This document shows, one piece after another, positions 10,135 through 20,093 of a stretch of DNA of 64,000 nucleotides. Positions within the stretch are counted from its first letter, which is position 1; each line of letters begins with the position of its first letter. Source of the DNA: an uncultured Solirubrobacteraceae bacterium (GTDB lineage: Bacteria > Actinomycetota > Thermoleophilia > Solirubrobacterales > Solirubrobacteraceae); the NCBI GenBank assembly GCA_963699115.1, contig CAVOTJ010000002.1, positions 2,713 to 66,712 on the forward strand, in the 5' to 3' direction. The notes below the pieces were generated by a model. The model did not search any database. It saw only the letters and a program-made list of their open reading frames with translations, and had not been told where the DNA came from. The translations under genes and the position numbers were made by a program.

Positions 10135-10601
10135 ATCGGGTGGTTCTGTCTCCTTTCCGTAAAGAACAAGTCGATTTCAAGCGTCAAACGGGACAGCCGG
10201 TGGTGGCGCCCTGTGGCGGCGAACTCCGACTCAGGAGCCCTTCCAATAGGAAAAGGTGCTTTCCGAGACTCCTGCGGTACAGGCGGCCGAAAACGCGGGG
10301 GGTGGGCATCCAAGAAAGGTCGATCCAACCCCCGTTACGTGACAGGCTTAATAAATCTTTATCTTCGGCGAACGCCGGCCGATGGCCCGGCGCCCTGATG
10401 GTCCACGCCCCCAGATGCTGGTGCCACTGCGGCCTCCGGCACCCGCCGCTCCTTCGAGCCCCGCCCACCCGCACGGATTCACGAACCGCGGCACGGGCCG
10501 CGCTCGTGCTGGCAATCACGCGATAGTCACGGCGAGGCCGGCGCGGTCCAGTTCGAGCCAGGACAAGTTCGCCACGACCGACGCCCGTTTAGACTGCTCC
10601 C

Positions 10602-10988
10602 GTGTCACGCGATAGATGGCTCCAGCGCTGGCGCATCTACGCGCCGCCACCGTTCAGCTGGCAACTCGCGGTGATCTACGCCGCGTTTATCGTGCCGGCG
10701 GTCCTCGGGGCCGTATTGGGCTGGCCGTGGGGCATAACGATGGCGTTGCTGTTCCCCGCCCTGGTCGCGCACATAACGCTCGGCATCCGAACCGCACAGG
10801 TGCGCGGCATCCGCTGGCTGCCACCGATGCGGTACAGGCTCGCGCTGGGCTTGATCGTAGGCATCTTTGTCGGACTTGTGAACGCCGCGCTGTACCCGCG
10901 CCACATATACCCGTTGGTGCTGGTCGCGTTCGTAATGTTGGTCTTGGACCCCTTGGATCGCGTTGCACGGCGACGCTATCTGCATTAA
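10602..10988 (+). CDS. Small multi-pass membrane protein
   Basis: 128 aa with about four hydrophobic segments. Confidence 0.6.
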   Translation: MSRDRWLQRWRIYAPPPFSWQLAVIYAAFIVPAVLGAVLGWPWGITMALLFPALVAHITLGIRTAQVRGIRWLPPMRYRLALGLIVGIFVGLVNAALYPRHIYPLVLVAFVMLVLDPLDRVARRRYLH

Positions 10989-11046
10989 ACGGCGGCGCCT
11001 GGCGGCCATCCCGAATGTCAGGCTCGTGACCGCATATAGTTCTGCC

Positions 11047-11289
11047 ATGCGCCGCTTGTTGGTCAAACCACGGTCGATCTGGCTGTTCAGGCTCGCGATG
11101 CTGACGCTATGGCTCGGTGGTGGTCCTCGGGTCGGTGGACGCAGCGTGATCGCTGGAGCCTTGCTCGGTACGTGGTTCCTTGTCGATGGAGTGCGCTGGA
11201 CGAAAGCACGACGCGCGAGTGGGTTGCCCCTCCTGCCGGCCCAATTGCGCCACGTCTACAAGCGAGATCACGGCTCCGCTGCCGGGTAG
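11047..11289 (+). CDS. Small membrane protein
   Basis: Two hydrophobic segments; start uncertain. Confidence 0.4.
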   Translation: MRRLLVKPRSIWLFRLAMLTLWLGGGPRVGGRSVIAGALLGTWFLVDGVRWTKARRASGLPLLPAQLRHVYKRDHGSAAG

Positions 11290-11321
11290 GCCGCAGGCGC
11301 TCACTCCACATCCATAGACAC

Positions 11322-12011
11322 CTACCCTCCCCGCGCTGGCTGTCTGGGGCAGAGCGCGTCCAGCTCGTCTGCGTCCCTCCAGAAACCGACGACGCGCCGC
11401 CCGATACGGCGGTCCCCGCGCGTGGGGAATGTGTCGTGGTCAGCATGGGCGTCGTGCGGCTCGGGCCACTCGCACAGGCAGTACGTGACCGACGCCAACT
11501 GATTGCAGGTGGTGAAGATGCGGGGCGCGAGCGCATACCACGCATCGGAGTCGGCCTGCTCGTTGCTGAGCAGCCTGTCGGCTTCATCGAGCGCTTCTCG
11601 AAAGAGTTGACGCATCACGCCGACTTGCTCGATGGCCTGCTGGCGCGCGTGCCACCACGCCCGGTGTTGCGGAGACTCCGGCAGAACGATCCCGCCAGCG
11701 CGGCGTGCCCGCGCGAGTCGCCGCCTGCCGTTGGTACTCAGCTTCAGGAAGTCAAAGCCGAAGCGACGGAACGGCACGAGCACACCTGCCGCGAGGAAAG
11801 TCTCGATCTGCGGACGCAGACTGCGGGTGGTCCACCCCACACGGGCGAAGCCCAGGTGTTCGATGACCTCGCCGAGCGTCACTCCATCGACGGGTCCTCG
11901 ATGGTGGCGTTCGGCGCGCTCGGTCGCGGCGAGCACGACCGCATCGGAGACGGGCTCAAACCGGCGCAACTCCTCCCGTGCGGCGAGTGCGCGTGTGCTG
12001 GCATGTGGCAT
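11322..12011 (-). CDS. Conserved hypothetical protein, 'LPESPQHR' family copy 1 (wHTH plus helical domain)
   Basis: Paralogues at 20094-20734 and 36896-37472. Confidence 0.8.
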   Translation of the reverse strand: MPHASTRALAAREELRRFEPVSDAVVLAATERAERHHRGPVDGVTLGEVIEHLGFARVGWTTRSLRPQIETFLAAGVLVPFRRFGFDFLKLSTNGRRRLARARRAGGIVLPESPQHRAWWHARQQAIEQVGVMRQLFREALDEADRLLSNEQADSDAWYALAPRIFTTCNQLASVTYCLCEWPEPHDAHADHDTFPTRGDRRIGRRVVGFWRDADELDALCPRQPARGG

Positions 12012-12041
12012 ATCGAAAACCCTTGTCCTTGATGGCGCCCG

Positions 12042-12566
12042 TCAGAGCGTCATCAGGTGGTCGAGGTATTTGGCGACCTCTGAGGCGATCGACTGGCCGC
12101 CGCGGCGTTCGATCAGGCCAGCGGCGTCCAGACGGTCAAGCGCGCCGCTGATCCTTGCCCGCGGTTTGCGCGTCCTGGCACGGAGAGCGTCGTGGACGCG
12201 CTCATCGGTCAGCGGCCCCTCAGCGTCGGCGGTGCGCAGCAGGGTTGTGAGGACGGCGCCGTCGCAGCGGTGGTCCTCGGTGCTGGCGGCGTCGTCGCCG
12301 TTCGGTCTGATCTCGTGATGCCTCACGGCCGGGTGCGAGGGTGTCGCCAGGTCGTTCCAGCGATGGATCACGCCCGCTCTGCGCAGGCGCTTGAGGCTGT
12401 CGGGGACGTGGCCGGGAACATCGACAGCGCGGGCAATCTCGCCTTCTGAAAGCGGCCGGCCGGTGTCGAGGATCAGCGCGAGGACGGCGCGGTCGAGACG
12501 GGCGTGCGCCTGCGATTCGAGTGAGCTAATTTGGTCGAGCATGGGAGGTTCTCTCTCTTGTGTCAC
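12042..12566 (-). CDS. Protein with two tandem winged-helix-like repeats
   Basis: D.AVL..L....PL(S/T)...L.RL..AG.I.R occurs twice. Confidence 0.65.
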   Translation of the reverse strand: MTQEREPPMLDQISSLESQAHARLDRAVLALILDTGRPLSEGEIARAVDVPGHVPDSLKRLRRAGVIHRWNDLATPSHPAVRHHEIRPNGDDAASTEDHRCDGAVLTTLLRTADAEGPLTDERVHDALRARTRKPRARISGALDRLDAAGLIERRGGQSIASEVAKYLDHLMTL

Positions 12567-12688
12567 GGTCTCGGGCGGGGCACCAATCCCCGCGCCGGGG
12601 CCACATTTTGTGTGTACGAGCGGCAGTTATACGGCGCGCCTCGCCGCTCTTGGGCGCGATAGACGAAACTGAGACGAGCCCGATACGG

Positions 12689-13495
12689 TTACGCAACGCG
12701 GGTCATCGTCAGCCCACCGAATGAGTCGCCAGCGAGGCGGTAGCCGACGCCGCGCATTGCGTACACCAGCCCATCGGCGCCTGCCTCGGAGAGCTTGCGT
12801 CGCAGCCGCGAGGCGTGGCAGTCCAGCGTCCGTGTCGTGCCGGGCGAGCGAAACCCCCACACCTCTCGCATCAGCTCGTCCTTGGTGTAGACACGGGCGG
12901 GGTCACGCGCGATATGCGCCAACAGTGCGAACTCCAAGCCGCGCAACGCGACAGGCGTCGCGCCGACGCTGACCTCGTGCGCGGCCATGTCGATCCGCAG
13001 GTTCCCGTACTCGATCACGCCAGGTTCCTCGGCGAGGTCGCGCCGCACGAGCGCCTGCACGCGCGCGCGAAGCTCGGGGTAAGCGAGGGGGGCGCGCAGC
13101 ACGTCATCGGCCCCTGCCTCGAAGCCGCGCAGCACATCCCCCAGGTCGCCATTCGGGGTCATCCATAGCGCCCGCAGGCCCCGTTTGACCTCGGGCATGA
13201 ACGCGCCCGCGCGGAGCTTGCGCAGCACGTCAAGTCCCGCGCCTCGGCAGGTCGCGCGGCCGAAGATGATGAGTTCGACATCACAGGCGCCGCATACAGC
13301 GCGCAGCTTCGCCGTATCACTGGCGCGGCGAACCTCGTAGCCGTCCAGTTCCAACTCGTCGGCCAGCGCGAGGTTTACGTGCTCGTCGCCGTAGAGAAGC
13401 AACACAATCGCGTCATCATTCGCCGGGGCGCGTCGGGCCGCGGCATCAGGCGCGTGCGTAAGCGGGGCGTGATTCTCGGTGGACATGGCGGTCAT
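12689..13495 (-). CDS. OmpR-family response regulator with degenerate receiver domain
   Basis: GFEAGADD, ELRARVQALVRR, VWG...TRTLDCHASRLRRKL, RGVGYRL; AAAGGAGG RBS upstream; phospho-Asp and Lys missing. Confidence 0.85.
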   Translation of the reverse strand: MTAMSTENHAPLTHAPDAAARRAPANDDAIVLLLYGDEHVNLALADELELDGYEVRRASDTAKLRAVCGACDVELIIFGRATCRGAGLDVLRKLRAGAFMPEVKRGLRALWMTPNGDLGDVLRGFEAGADDVLRAPLAYPELRARVQALVRRDLAEEPGVIEYGNLRIDMAAHEVSVGATPVALRGLEFALLAHIARDPARVYTKDELMREVWGFRSPGTTRTLDCHASRLRRKLSEAGADGLVYAMRGVGYRLAGDSFGGLTMTRVA

Positions 13496-13823
13496 CTGGC
13501 CTCCTTTTCGCCGCACCGAAGAAACCCGCCAACGAACAGACGACCGCACCGCAGACAGCTACGGTGGCCGTGGGCATCGAAGGTCGTTGCTTCGGTGCTT
13601 GGGCCGGGCGGGTGTTCCAGACCCGTCCGGCCACATGAATGGTCGATTGGCGCGGATGATATAGCGACGCGCTCGGACAGACCATTTTCCGCCACGATGG
13701 CGAACCCGATCCGACCCTCTATTCCGCTTCGTCAAGCGATATCCGTTGCTCGGCAGCAGCGCGAGCGGTCTGCCCTGGCGGCCGGTGGCATGGCTTCGGC
13801 TCTTGCGACACCGAAGTCTCGGC

Positions 13824-13846
13824 CGTTTGTGGGAAGAATGTGGGAA
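13824..13846 (+). repeat. Putative arm-type site, right end of element A
   Basis: Exact copy of 1736-1758. Confidence 0.7.
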
Positions 13847-13888
13847 AACAGCCGTTTCGGGCCTCCCGGCGCCTCCTCCCCTCCAACG

Positions 13889-13915
13889 AAAAAACCCCGC
13901 ATTTGCGGGGCTTTT
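13889..13915 (-). terminator. Rho-independent terminator after the tRNA-Val 3' copy
   Basis: aaaaaa-ccccgca-tt-tgcgggg-ctttt hairpin flanked by A and T runs. Confidence 0.7.
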
Positions 13916-13918
13916 CTG

Positions 13919-13942
13919 CGATGGGCGATACTGGGCTCGAAC
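13919..13942 (-). repeat. att site: 24-bp duplicate of the tRNA-Val 3' end
   Basis: CGATGGGCGATACTGGGCTCGAAC, identical to 30327-30350. Confidence 0.95.
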
Positions 13943-14286
13943 TGAACTCCAGGGCTCAGGTAGGGTCAGATAGCCCGGTTTTATTGGGGTTCGGTGCTCT
14001 CAGCTCGGCTCAGCTTCGCTCAAATTGCTACCAAGATTGCTACCAAGCCCGCGCCGTTCGCGGCGCTGGTAAGGATCGCTCGCACGTCTCCTGTTCGTCC
14101 AACTCGGAAGTCGGCTTGGGAGCATTAGCACTGTCGCTTTCGGTGAGACAGCACGTATCGCGGGCCGACGACGAGCATTGGTCGCCGCGCACCCTGCAGT
14201 TCATCCCTGCCAGAGCCAGCCTGTCCGTTCCGCATCTCTTGCGCCATGCTCGCCGCCCTCCGTGACGCACCCGATGGGCGTTGCGG

Positions 14287-15297
14287 CTACTTGTCCTGAG
14301 GGGGACCGCTCTTGCCGGCTTGACGCGACGTTCGCCGCCGCACCTCGCGGCGCGGCTCGGCCTCTACTGGCATCTTTGACTCAATCTGGTGGCGCACCTC
14401 CCTCAACAACATGTGCAGTCGGCGCGGGTCGACTCCCATCATTTCACCCATCGGTGGAAACTCCTCGATCAGCTCGATCGCGCGCACAAATCGACGCATC
14501 GCACGAGATGCCTCCGCAGGCGTTCCCTGAGATGCCGCACGATAGGCATCTACGCCTAGCTCGTAGAGCCACGGGATGTCATCGCGAAGCAGGCTCGCGG
14601 CCAAGAGAAGCACGAGCGGGTCGTCGGGACCTTCGGCCATCACGTGGGTCATATGGATCATGTCCTCGAACATGCCTGGGTGCAGCCTTCTTCGACGCCT
14701 GCGGTAGTCAAGGTCCGGGGCCATCTCCAACGTCTCGCGGAATCGCACGTCGAGTCCGCGCACACCGGCGACTAGTTCTTCGAGTACCTCTGCCTGCGGA
14801 CGCCGGTGCTTGGACGACTCGCCCTCAGGAATGGACGAAATCTCCGCCTCCAGCTGTTGCCAGAGCGCCTCGAACAACTGATCCATTCGCTCCGGCGGGA
14901 CCGCGTCCGGCGCTGACTGATTGATCGAGCGGACAACCTCGTGTACACCAGCCTTATCGACCTTCTTTGCCTGGAACTGAGCGAGTGGTCCCGAGAGATC
15001 GCTGAGATCCAGATCGAGGAGGAGCGGAATGACCTTGGCGTCCTGCAAGGACTTGGCCAATGCTCCAGCCTCGAAAAGGACCCATGGCTGGTCAACGTTG
15101 TCGCGCGTTACGCAGATGATCCCAAAGTTCGAAGCTTCGAGCTCCTTGGCGACGGCGTCGCCCCACCGCGCTCCAGCCTCGATGTCGGACTCGGACAACC
15201 ATGGCTTTGCATAGTGCAGGACGAGCGGTATCCAATCGCGGAGCGCGTCCGCGATGGCCTTGCTGCGCTCGCCGCTCCAGCTAATGAAGACCTTCAT
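14287..15297 (-). CDS. TIR-domain protein
   Basis: MKVFISWSG...DIEAGARW...ELEASNFGIICVT...PWVLFEAGAL, catalytic Glu retained. Confidence 0.9.
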   Translation of the reverse strand: MKVFISWSGERSKAIADALRDWIPLVLHYAKPWLSESDIEAGARWGDAVAKELEASNFGIICVTRDNVDQPWVLFEAGALAKSLQDAKVIPLLLDLDLSDLSGPLAQFQAKKVDKAGVHEVVRSINQSAPDAVPPERMDQLFEALWQQLEAEISSIPEGESSKHRRPQAEVLEELVAGVRGLDVRFRETLEMAPDLDYRRRRRRLHPGMFEDMIHMTHVMAEGPDDPLVLLLAASLLRDDIPWLYELGVDAYRAASQGTPAEASRAMRRFVRAIELIEEFPPMGEMMGVDPRRLHMLLREVRHQIESKMPVEAEPRREVRRRTSRQAGKSGPPQDK

Positions 15298-15390
15298 TCC
15301 TGTTCGCTATCGAGAATACCTACTCGATGAGCCCATTGGCGGCTGACAGCGTTGAGGGACCGCGACGCAGAGGTCGAGGGGACGTTCCCA

Positions 15391-16449
15391 TTAGGGTGAA
15401 CTGAGCTTTCCGAATTTCTTGAGGTCTTCGATGTGCAGTGCCTCGTGTATGCGCTCTGCGTTGGCGAACGCGATACGGAAGGTCACCTCGTCGAGTCCCT
15501 CTGCTTCAACTCGGCCGAGCAGGCGCTGAAATGCAGGGTTGGTGTTGCCACGGAGTTCGCCACTTTCGGCGTACAGGTCGCGTTTGTCTAGCGAGTCGAG
15601 TCCCTCGCGGGTGACCGCCCATTCATCTCCAACCAGTTCAATGACCTGGCGTAGACCCCGATCACCGCGCGGACCGGTGTGGCTGTCGATCACTTTGCGG
15701 AGCGAAGCGGCGATGTCCTTCAGCAGTTCGGCGGGGTTGAACGCCTTATCTCCGGCCCACCGCCCGGTCTGTTTGAGCTCGCCGGCGAGCCTAACGAACA
15801 CCTCCTTCGCCTCCTCGTCCGGCGACCACACAGCTGAGGCGACCGATCCGAGCTTCGGGTCCTCGTAGGTCAGCTCAATCAACCAAATCGTCTCGCCGCC
15901 CTCCGGGGCACGTTGGACCGCCCGTGCGCGCAGCCAAAGGTCGGCACCTGCGGGGACGCGCAGCCCGCGGCGGTCGATCCAGCGTCTTGCAGCGGCCTGG
16001 GCATACAGGGCAACGAGGTCCTCGAAACGTCCTTGCGCAGCGCCCTGCGCCCGCTGTTCTTCTTCGCCTTGGATCTGAGAGAGGCGCTCTCGCACTTCTC
16101 GATCGAGATCACTGACGCTGTCCTGCACCATCATGGCCGTCTCAAGCGCTTTACCAGCGGCGGATCGCGCGGCGCTCGCCTCTTCCCTGGTTTCGGTGAC
16201 GCGGATCGACAGAAGACGCTCGATGACGAAGAGCGGCCCGACGAGGCCAATCGCGGTGCCTACGTGCGCGAAGATCGATCTCTCGTACTCGCTGAGCCCA
16301 GAGATTCGCCCGCCGACGGCCACGACAGCCGCACCCACCAGCAAGAACACGCCACCAATCAACCACACCCACCACGGGCGGCGCCGGGCCACCCGCTCTG
16401 CGGGTGTTGCCGGTGCCTGTGCCGACTCTGCACTTGTTACTGGACTCAC
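15391..16449 (-). CDS. Hypothetical membrane protein (2 TM, coiled coil, soluble domain)
   Basis: 352-aa ORF co-oriented with and upstream of the TIR gene. Confidence 0.7.
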   Translation of the reverse strand: MSPVTSAESAQAPATPAERVARRRPWWVWLIGGVFLLVGAAVVAVGGRISGLSEYERSIFAHVGTAIGLVGPLFVIERLLSIRVTETREEASAARSAAGKALETAMMVQDSVSDLDREVRERLSQIQGEEEQRAQGAAQGRFEDLVALYAQAAARRWIDRRGLRVPAGADLWLRARAVQRAPEGGETIWLIELTYEDPKLGSVASAVWSPDEEAKEVFVRLAGELKQTGRWAGDKAFNPAELLKDIAASLRKVIDSHTGPRGDRGLRQVIELVGDEWAVTREGLDSLDKRDLYAESGELRGNTNPAFQRLLGRVEAEGLDEVTFRIAFANAERIHEALHIEDLKKFGKLSSP

Positions 16450-16731
16450 GCTGACTCACCGCCACGAGACGGGCGACGCGATGCGGTCGATCTATCGTTG
16501 GCTCCTTCGAGCTGGCCGCAGATACTAGTGGAAAAGTTCTAGAAGTCTGTCCATCCTGCCCGCGAAAGACGATCGGGTCGGAATGCGGCAGATCAACCCA
16601 AAGCAGCACTCCATACAGGATCACGACGGACGACCGGCGGACGAAAGCAGGTGTGCAAGCGATCGCTACCAGCGCCGCGGATCGACAGCCCACTCGGAAT
16701 GCTGCACCAGCTCAGGTGCTTGCCGAGCAAG

Positions 16732-17073
16732 TCAGGCGTGCGCGAGGGCGCGCATCTGGCGCACCGGGTGACGCCCGAGACGGCTCAACGTCGCGTAGGA
16801 CGAGGCGTGCCCGTGCGTTCGGGGCGCGACGCTGACGGGCACACGGCCCGTGAGCCGGTCGATCACGCCGCGGCGCAGCGGGACGAGCAGCAGCTCTGTG
16901 TCCTCGCCGACAAGGACGGTCGCCTGCCCTTCGATCAGATTGCGCCAGAGAACGTCGTCCGTCCAGTCCTCGTCGCTGGGAACGAACGCGACATCCGCCG
17001 GGTAGCCGAGATCGTCGTCGCTACGCGACGCCGCCATGAACAGCTCATCTGTCTTGTGGGTGATCTCGCTCAT
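16732..17073 (-). CDS. Hypothetical protein
   Basis: MSEITHKTDELF... ~113 aa with protein-like composition. Confidence 0.5.
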   Translation of the reverse strand: MSEITHKTDELFMAASRSDDDLGYPADVAFVPSDEDWTDDVLWRNLIEGQATVLVGEDTELLLVPLRRGVIDRLTGRVPVSVAPRTHGHASSYATLSRLGRHPVRQMRALAHA

Positions 17074-17282
17074 TGCAGGTGCTCCCAGCCGTGAACGGTA
17101 TCGCGCCACTCGCGCAGCAGCTTGGGTTCGGCGGCGTACATCGCGTCGTCGCCAGCGACCATCCGCAATACGAGGAGCACAACCGCGTGCTCGACGGGTG
17201 CGCGATCGAACGCTCCACCACGAACTGCACATCGGACGCCAGGAAGCCGGCAGCTCAGCGTCGCGAGAGTAGGATTAAGAGC

Positions 17283-17522
17283 GTGACGACGCGCGTCCAA
17301 GCGGCTGAGAACGCTCTCGCCTCCGTGCGCGCCGAGGGTCTTGATCCGGGTGTCGCCGAGGCGCTACTCGGTCGCTGGGCGCGCGGGGAGCTGAGCGATG
17401 CGCAACTGGACGACGCGGCGCATCAGATCAGCACCGGCGAGCCGCTTTCTGAGCTGGGCACCGAGGCGCTTGCGCTGTCGCCGGGATCGTCTATCATGAC
17501 AGCACGAGGTCGGCCCGCTTAG
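17283..17522 (+). CDS. VbhA/FicA-like antitoxin (orphan)
   Basis: ALASVRAEG matches the (S/T)xxxE(G/N) inhibitory motif, followed by RWARGELS. Confidence 0.65.
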   Translation: MTTRVQAAENALASVRAEGLDPGVAEALLGRWARGELSDAQLDDAAHQISTGEPLSELGTEALALSPGSSIMTARGRPA

Positions 17523-17593
17523 ACGGCTCCGGTCTCGACCACGCCCCGGGGTAACACCCGGGGCAGCTTGTTTCTGTGGGCAGTATCGGCTGC

Positions 17594-18346
17594 TCAGCGT
17601 CGGCGGCGGTAGTTGCTCCGCGCGCGAGCGTCCTCGTCAGCGAAGTGTCGTAGGCCATATCCGTCGCCCTGCGGCGCAAACACGTCCCTCAGGGCCAACC
17701 GGTACCAGTGGCGCATGTGAGGCTTGGAATGGCTCTGGCCGGGCGTGGCGGCCTGCCAGGCGGCGAAGGCCGTCAGGTCCGCGAGCTGCACGAGACGATC
17801 CTCATGCGAGGCCGACATCCGCACAGTCCAATCCGTCCCGGCGCCCGCGCTGATCGTGTCGATGGCCTGCCGGTAGTGACGCTCCTGCCCGGCTCGGTCG
17901 ATCACGATGCTCGATACAGGCTCCGGGTCTTCGAGCACCCATTCCAGAAGGCGTTCCAGCAGCAGCCGATACCGTCGCCCTCCGCGCGCCGCCGGTCCCT
18001 TCCAATGCCAGAGCACCGCGTACACCTGCGCACCGGCGAGACCTGCAAGGTGATGAAGGGCGTGCTGATAGACGAACTCACGCTCGTGCGTACGGAACGG
18101 CGCCGCGTCGTTGAGAGCGTCGATCTCGCTGGGCAGGAGCGGGCGCGCAAGCCGGTTCGCCTTCAGCTCTGGCTCCCGGGCGAACCCCGGCAGCAGCGCG
18201 GCCATCTGACCCACGAGCCGATCCGTGCTCGCTTCTGCGAGAGCAACCGTCGATTCGGGCAAGCTCAGCGCGCACAACAGGAGCGTGCGCTCGGAGTCGC
18301 CGGACTCGTCGATGAACAGGTGGCGCGGATCGCGGACGACAATCAT
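17594..18346 (-). CDS. DUF3800-family protein (RNase H-like)
   Basis: LFIDESGD...IVID...SHEDRLVQLADL. Confidence 0.8.
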   Translation of the reverse strand: MIVVRDPRHLFIDESGDSERTLLLCALSLPESTVALAEASTDRLVGQMAALLPGFAREPELKANRLARPLLPSEIDALNDAAPFRTHEREFVYQHALHHLAGLAGAQVYAVLWHWKGPAARGGRRYRLLLERLLEWVLEDPEPVSSIVIDRAGQERHYRQAIDTISAGAGTDWTVRMSASHEDRLVQLADLTAFAAWQAATPGQSHSKPHMRHWYRLALRDVFAPQGDGYGLRHFADEDARARSNYRRRR

Positions 18347-18398
18347 CTGATGGAGATGGTGACTTGAGCGACTGCCGCACGAGCGGCGCAGCGCCCGA

Positions 18399-19626
18399 TC
18401 ACGCCGCCTCGCCCACGAGGCGCTGACCGGCGTCCTGTGCCCCGAAGGCGGCTGCGACGAACGCCGCCTCGTGCGCGCTCGGCGCGTAATCGGCGTAGCG
18501 CTGGGTTGTCTCGATGTCCCGATGGCCCATCCACTCCTGCAAGGTCCGCATGGGAACGCCGGTGCCAGCCATCGCCGTTCCGAAGGTGTGGCGCAGATCG
18601 TGGAAACGGTGCGACTGCTCAAGCTGCGCGGCCTTGAGCGCCCGGCGGAAGCGCGCGCAGGATCGCCGCCTTGTCGAGCGGCCCGGCGGTATGGGGATCG
18701 GCGAACACGAGAGCATCGCCACTCCTCTCCCCCGCTACGCGGCTGAGCCGGTCAAGCTCTCCCGCAACCTCATCGGCCATCGGAACACTGCGCGTCGAGC
18801 GACGGGACTTCGGAGTGCCGAACTCACCCAGCACGTAGTTCTGGCGAACTCTGATCCGGCCGGCGGTCCAGTCGACGTCGCGCCAACGAAGCGCCACCAG
18901 CTCGCCTTGCCGCAGGCCGGTCATAGCGGCCGTGAGATACATCGCACGGTCGATCTCGCGGTAAGGCCCATCGACAGCGGAGTCAGCCAGCGCTCGCACC
19001 TCAAGCGGCTCAAGGAACCTGATCTCGGCGCTCTCGGGCTTGCCGGGCAGCTCGATATGCCGGGCGACGTTCACGGGCAGCCACCCCTTGCGCTCGGCGA
19101 AACCGAGCAGTGCCGAGAGGTAGCCGATGTAGTTGCGGACCGACTTTGCGCCGACAGGACGCCCATAGCGACGGTCCCCCTTCGCCTTCGGTCCGGGCCT
19201 CTCGCCCTTCTCCATCATCGTCATCAAGTCCTGAACGTCCTGAGCCGTTATCCGGCGCAGATCGCGCTCCGCGAAGAACGGCTCAAGCCAAACGCGCAGG
19301 ATCGACTCCACAGCCGTCGTCGTCGCCTTCTTGCGGCTCTGACGCTCCAGGTTCGCGAGGTAACGGCGTCCCAGCTCGGCCATCGTCAGCGCGTCGCCAG
19401 TCGTCATCCGGGCGGGCTTCGTCTCCGCGATCAGCCGGCGCAGCTCTGCCTCGGCCTGGCTGCGCGTCAGGCCATCCCGCGAGCCCTCAACGCGCATCGG
19501 GCCGACACGACGCTTGACCTGCCGGCCACCGTCTGCGCGCCAATGCGCGTACCAGACGCCTCCACGCGCGTAGAGCGAGCCAGCTCCGTAAGGCCGTCGG
19601 GTCATCTTCCTCGCTGTCGCCATCAC
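18399..19626 (-). CDS. int: Tyrosine integrase of element B (frameshift near 18655)
   Basis: TGLRQGEL in 18619..19626; RFHDLRHTFG and MGHRDIETTQRY in 18399..18722. Confidence 0.9.
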
Positions 19627-19708
19627 TCATCGTCTCCCTGATCGCGCGCCACCATCGGCCGCCCAAGGTAGCGGGCGCTGCGGCTGCTTCAACGCGATAG
19701 CCGTCTCG

Positions 19709-20017
19709 TTAGTCAGGACGCCTCCCGTGCTCTGCCTGTCGATCGACAAGCAGCGAGCGCGCTGTACGCGAGGCTGCGCCTCGTGCACGCCACGGCCCCC
19801 GCATCCGCGCTCGCCACCATTCCTCCAAGTCGTCCGCGCTGAACCGCACATAGCGCCCGAGCCGCACATGCGGAATCCGGTTCGCTCGTGCCTCAGCGAG
19901 TACCCACGACGCGGGCACCGACAGCAACCGCCCAGCCTCCGTCGCATCAAGAAGCGGCGAGAAAGGCGCGGCTGCTGGCGCGGGCGCGTCCTGTGGTGAC
20001 TTCGTGGCGGCCATCAT
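19709..20017 (-). CDS. Excisionase-like HTH protein
   Basis: LLDATEAGRLLSVPASWV...RIPHVRLGRYVRFS. Confidence 0.85.
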   Translation of the reverse strand: MMAATKSPQDAPAPAAAPFSPLLDATEAGRLLSVPASWVLAEARANRIPHVRLGRYVRFSADDLEEWWRARMRGPWRARGAASRTARSLLVDRQAEHGRRPD

Positions 20018-20093
20018 GGTTAATGACCCTAAGTCGCGAAAAGCGGCCAACGAATTTCCGTCCACCAACCACAGGACCGTGCAGGCGCGCCGA

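Larger units (their letters stand above)
1641..13942. mobile_element. Element A: integrative mobilizable element, tandemly integrated at the tRNA-Val 3' end
   Basis: Tyrosine integrase, excisionase-like HTH, Replic_Relax relaxase and VirD4-like protein; identical 23-bp CGTTTGTGGGAAGAATGTGGGAA near both ends (1736-1758, 13824-13846); tRNA-Val 3' copy at 13919-13942. The left att is not visible because the fold-back replaces it. Confidence 0.75.

Noticed and set aside
10200-10290. Riboswitch upstream of the VirD4-like gene
   Set aside because: Some nested pairing is possible but no match to a family I recognise
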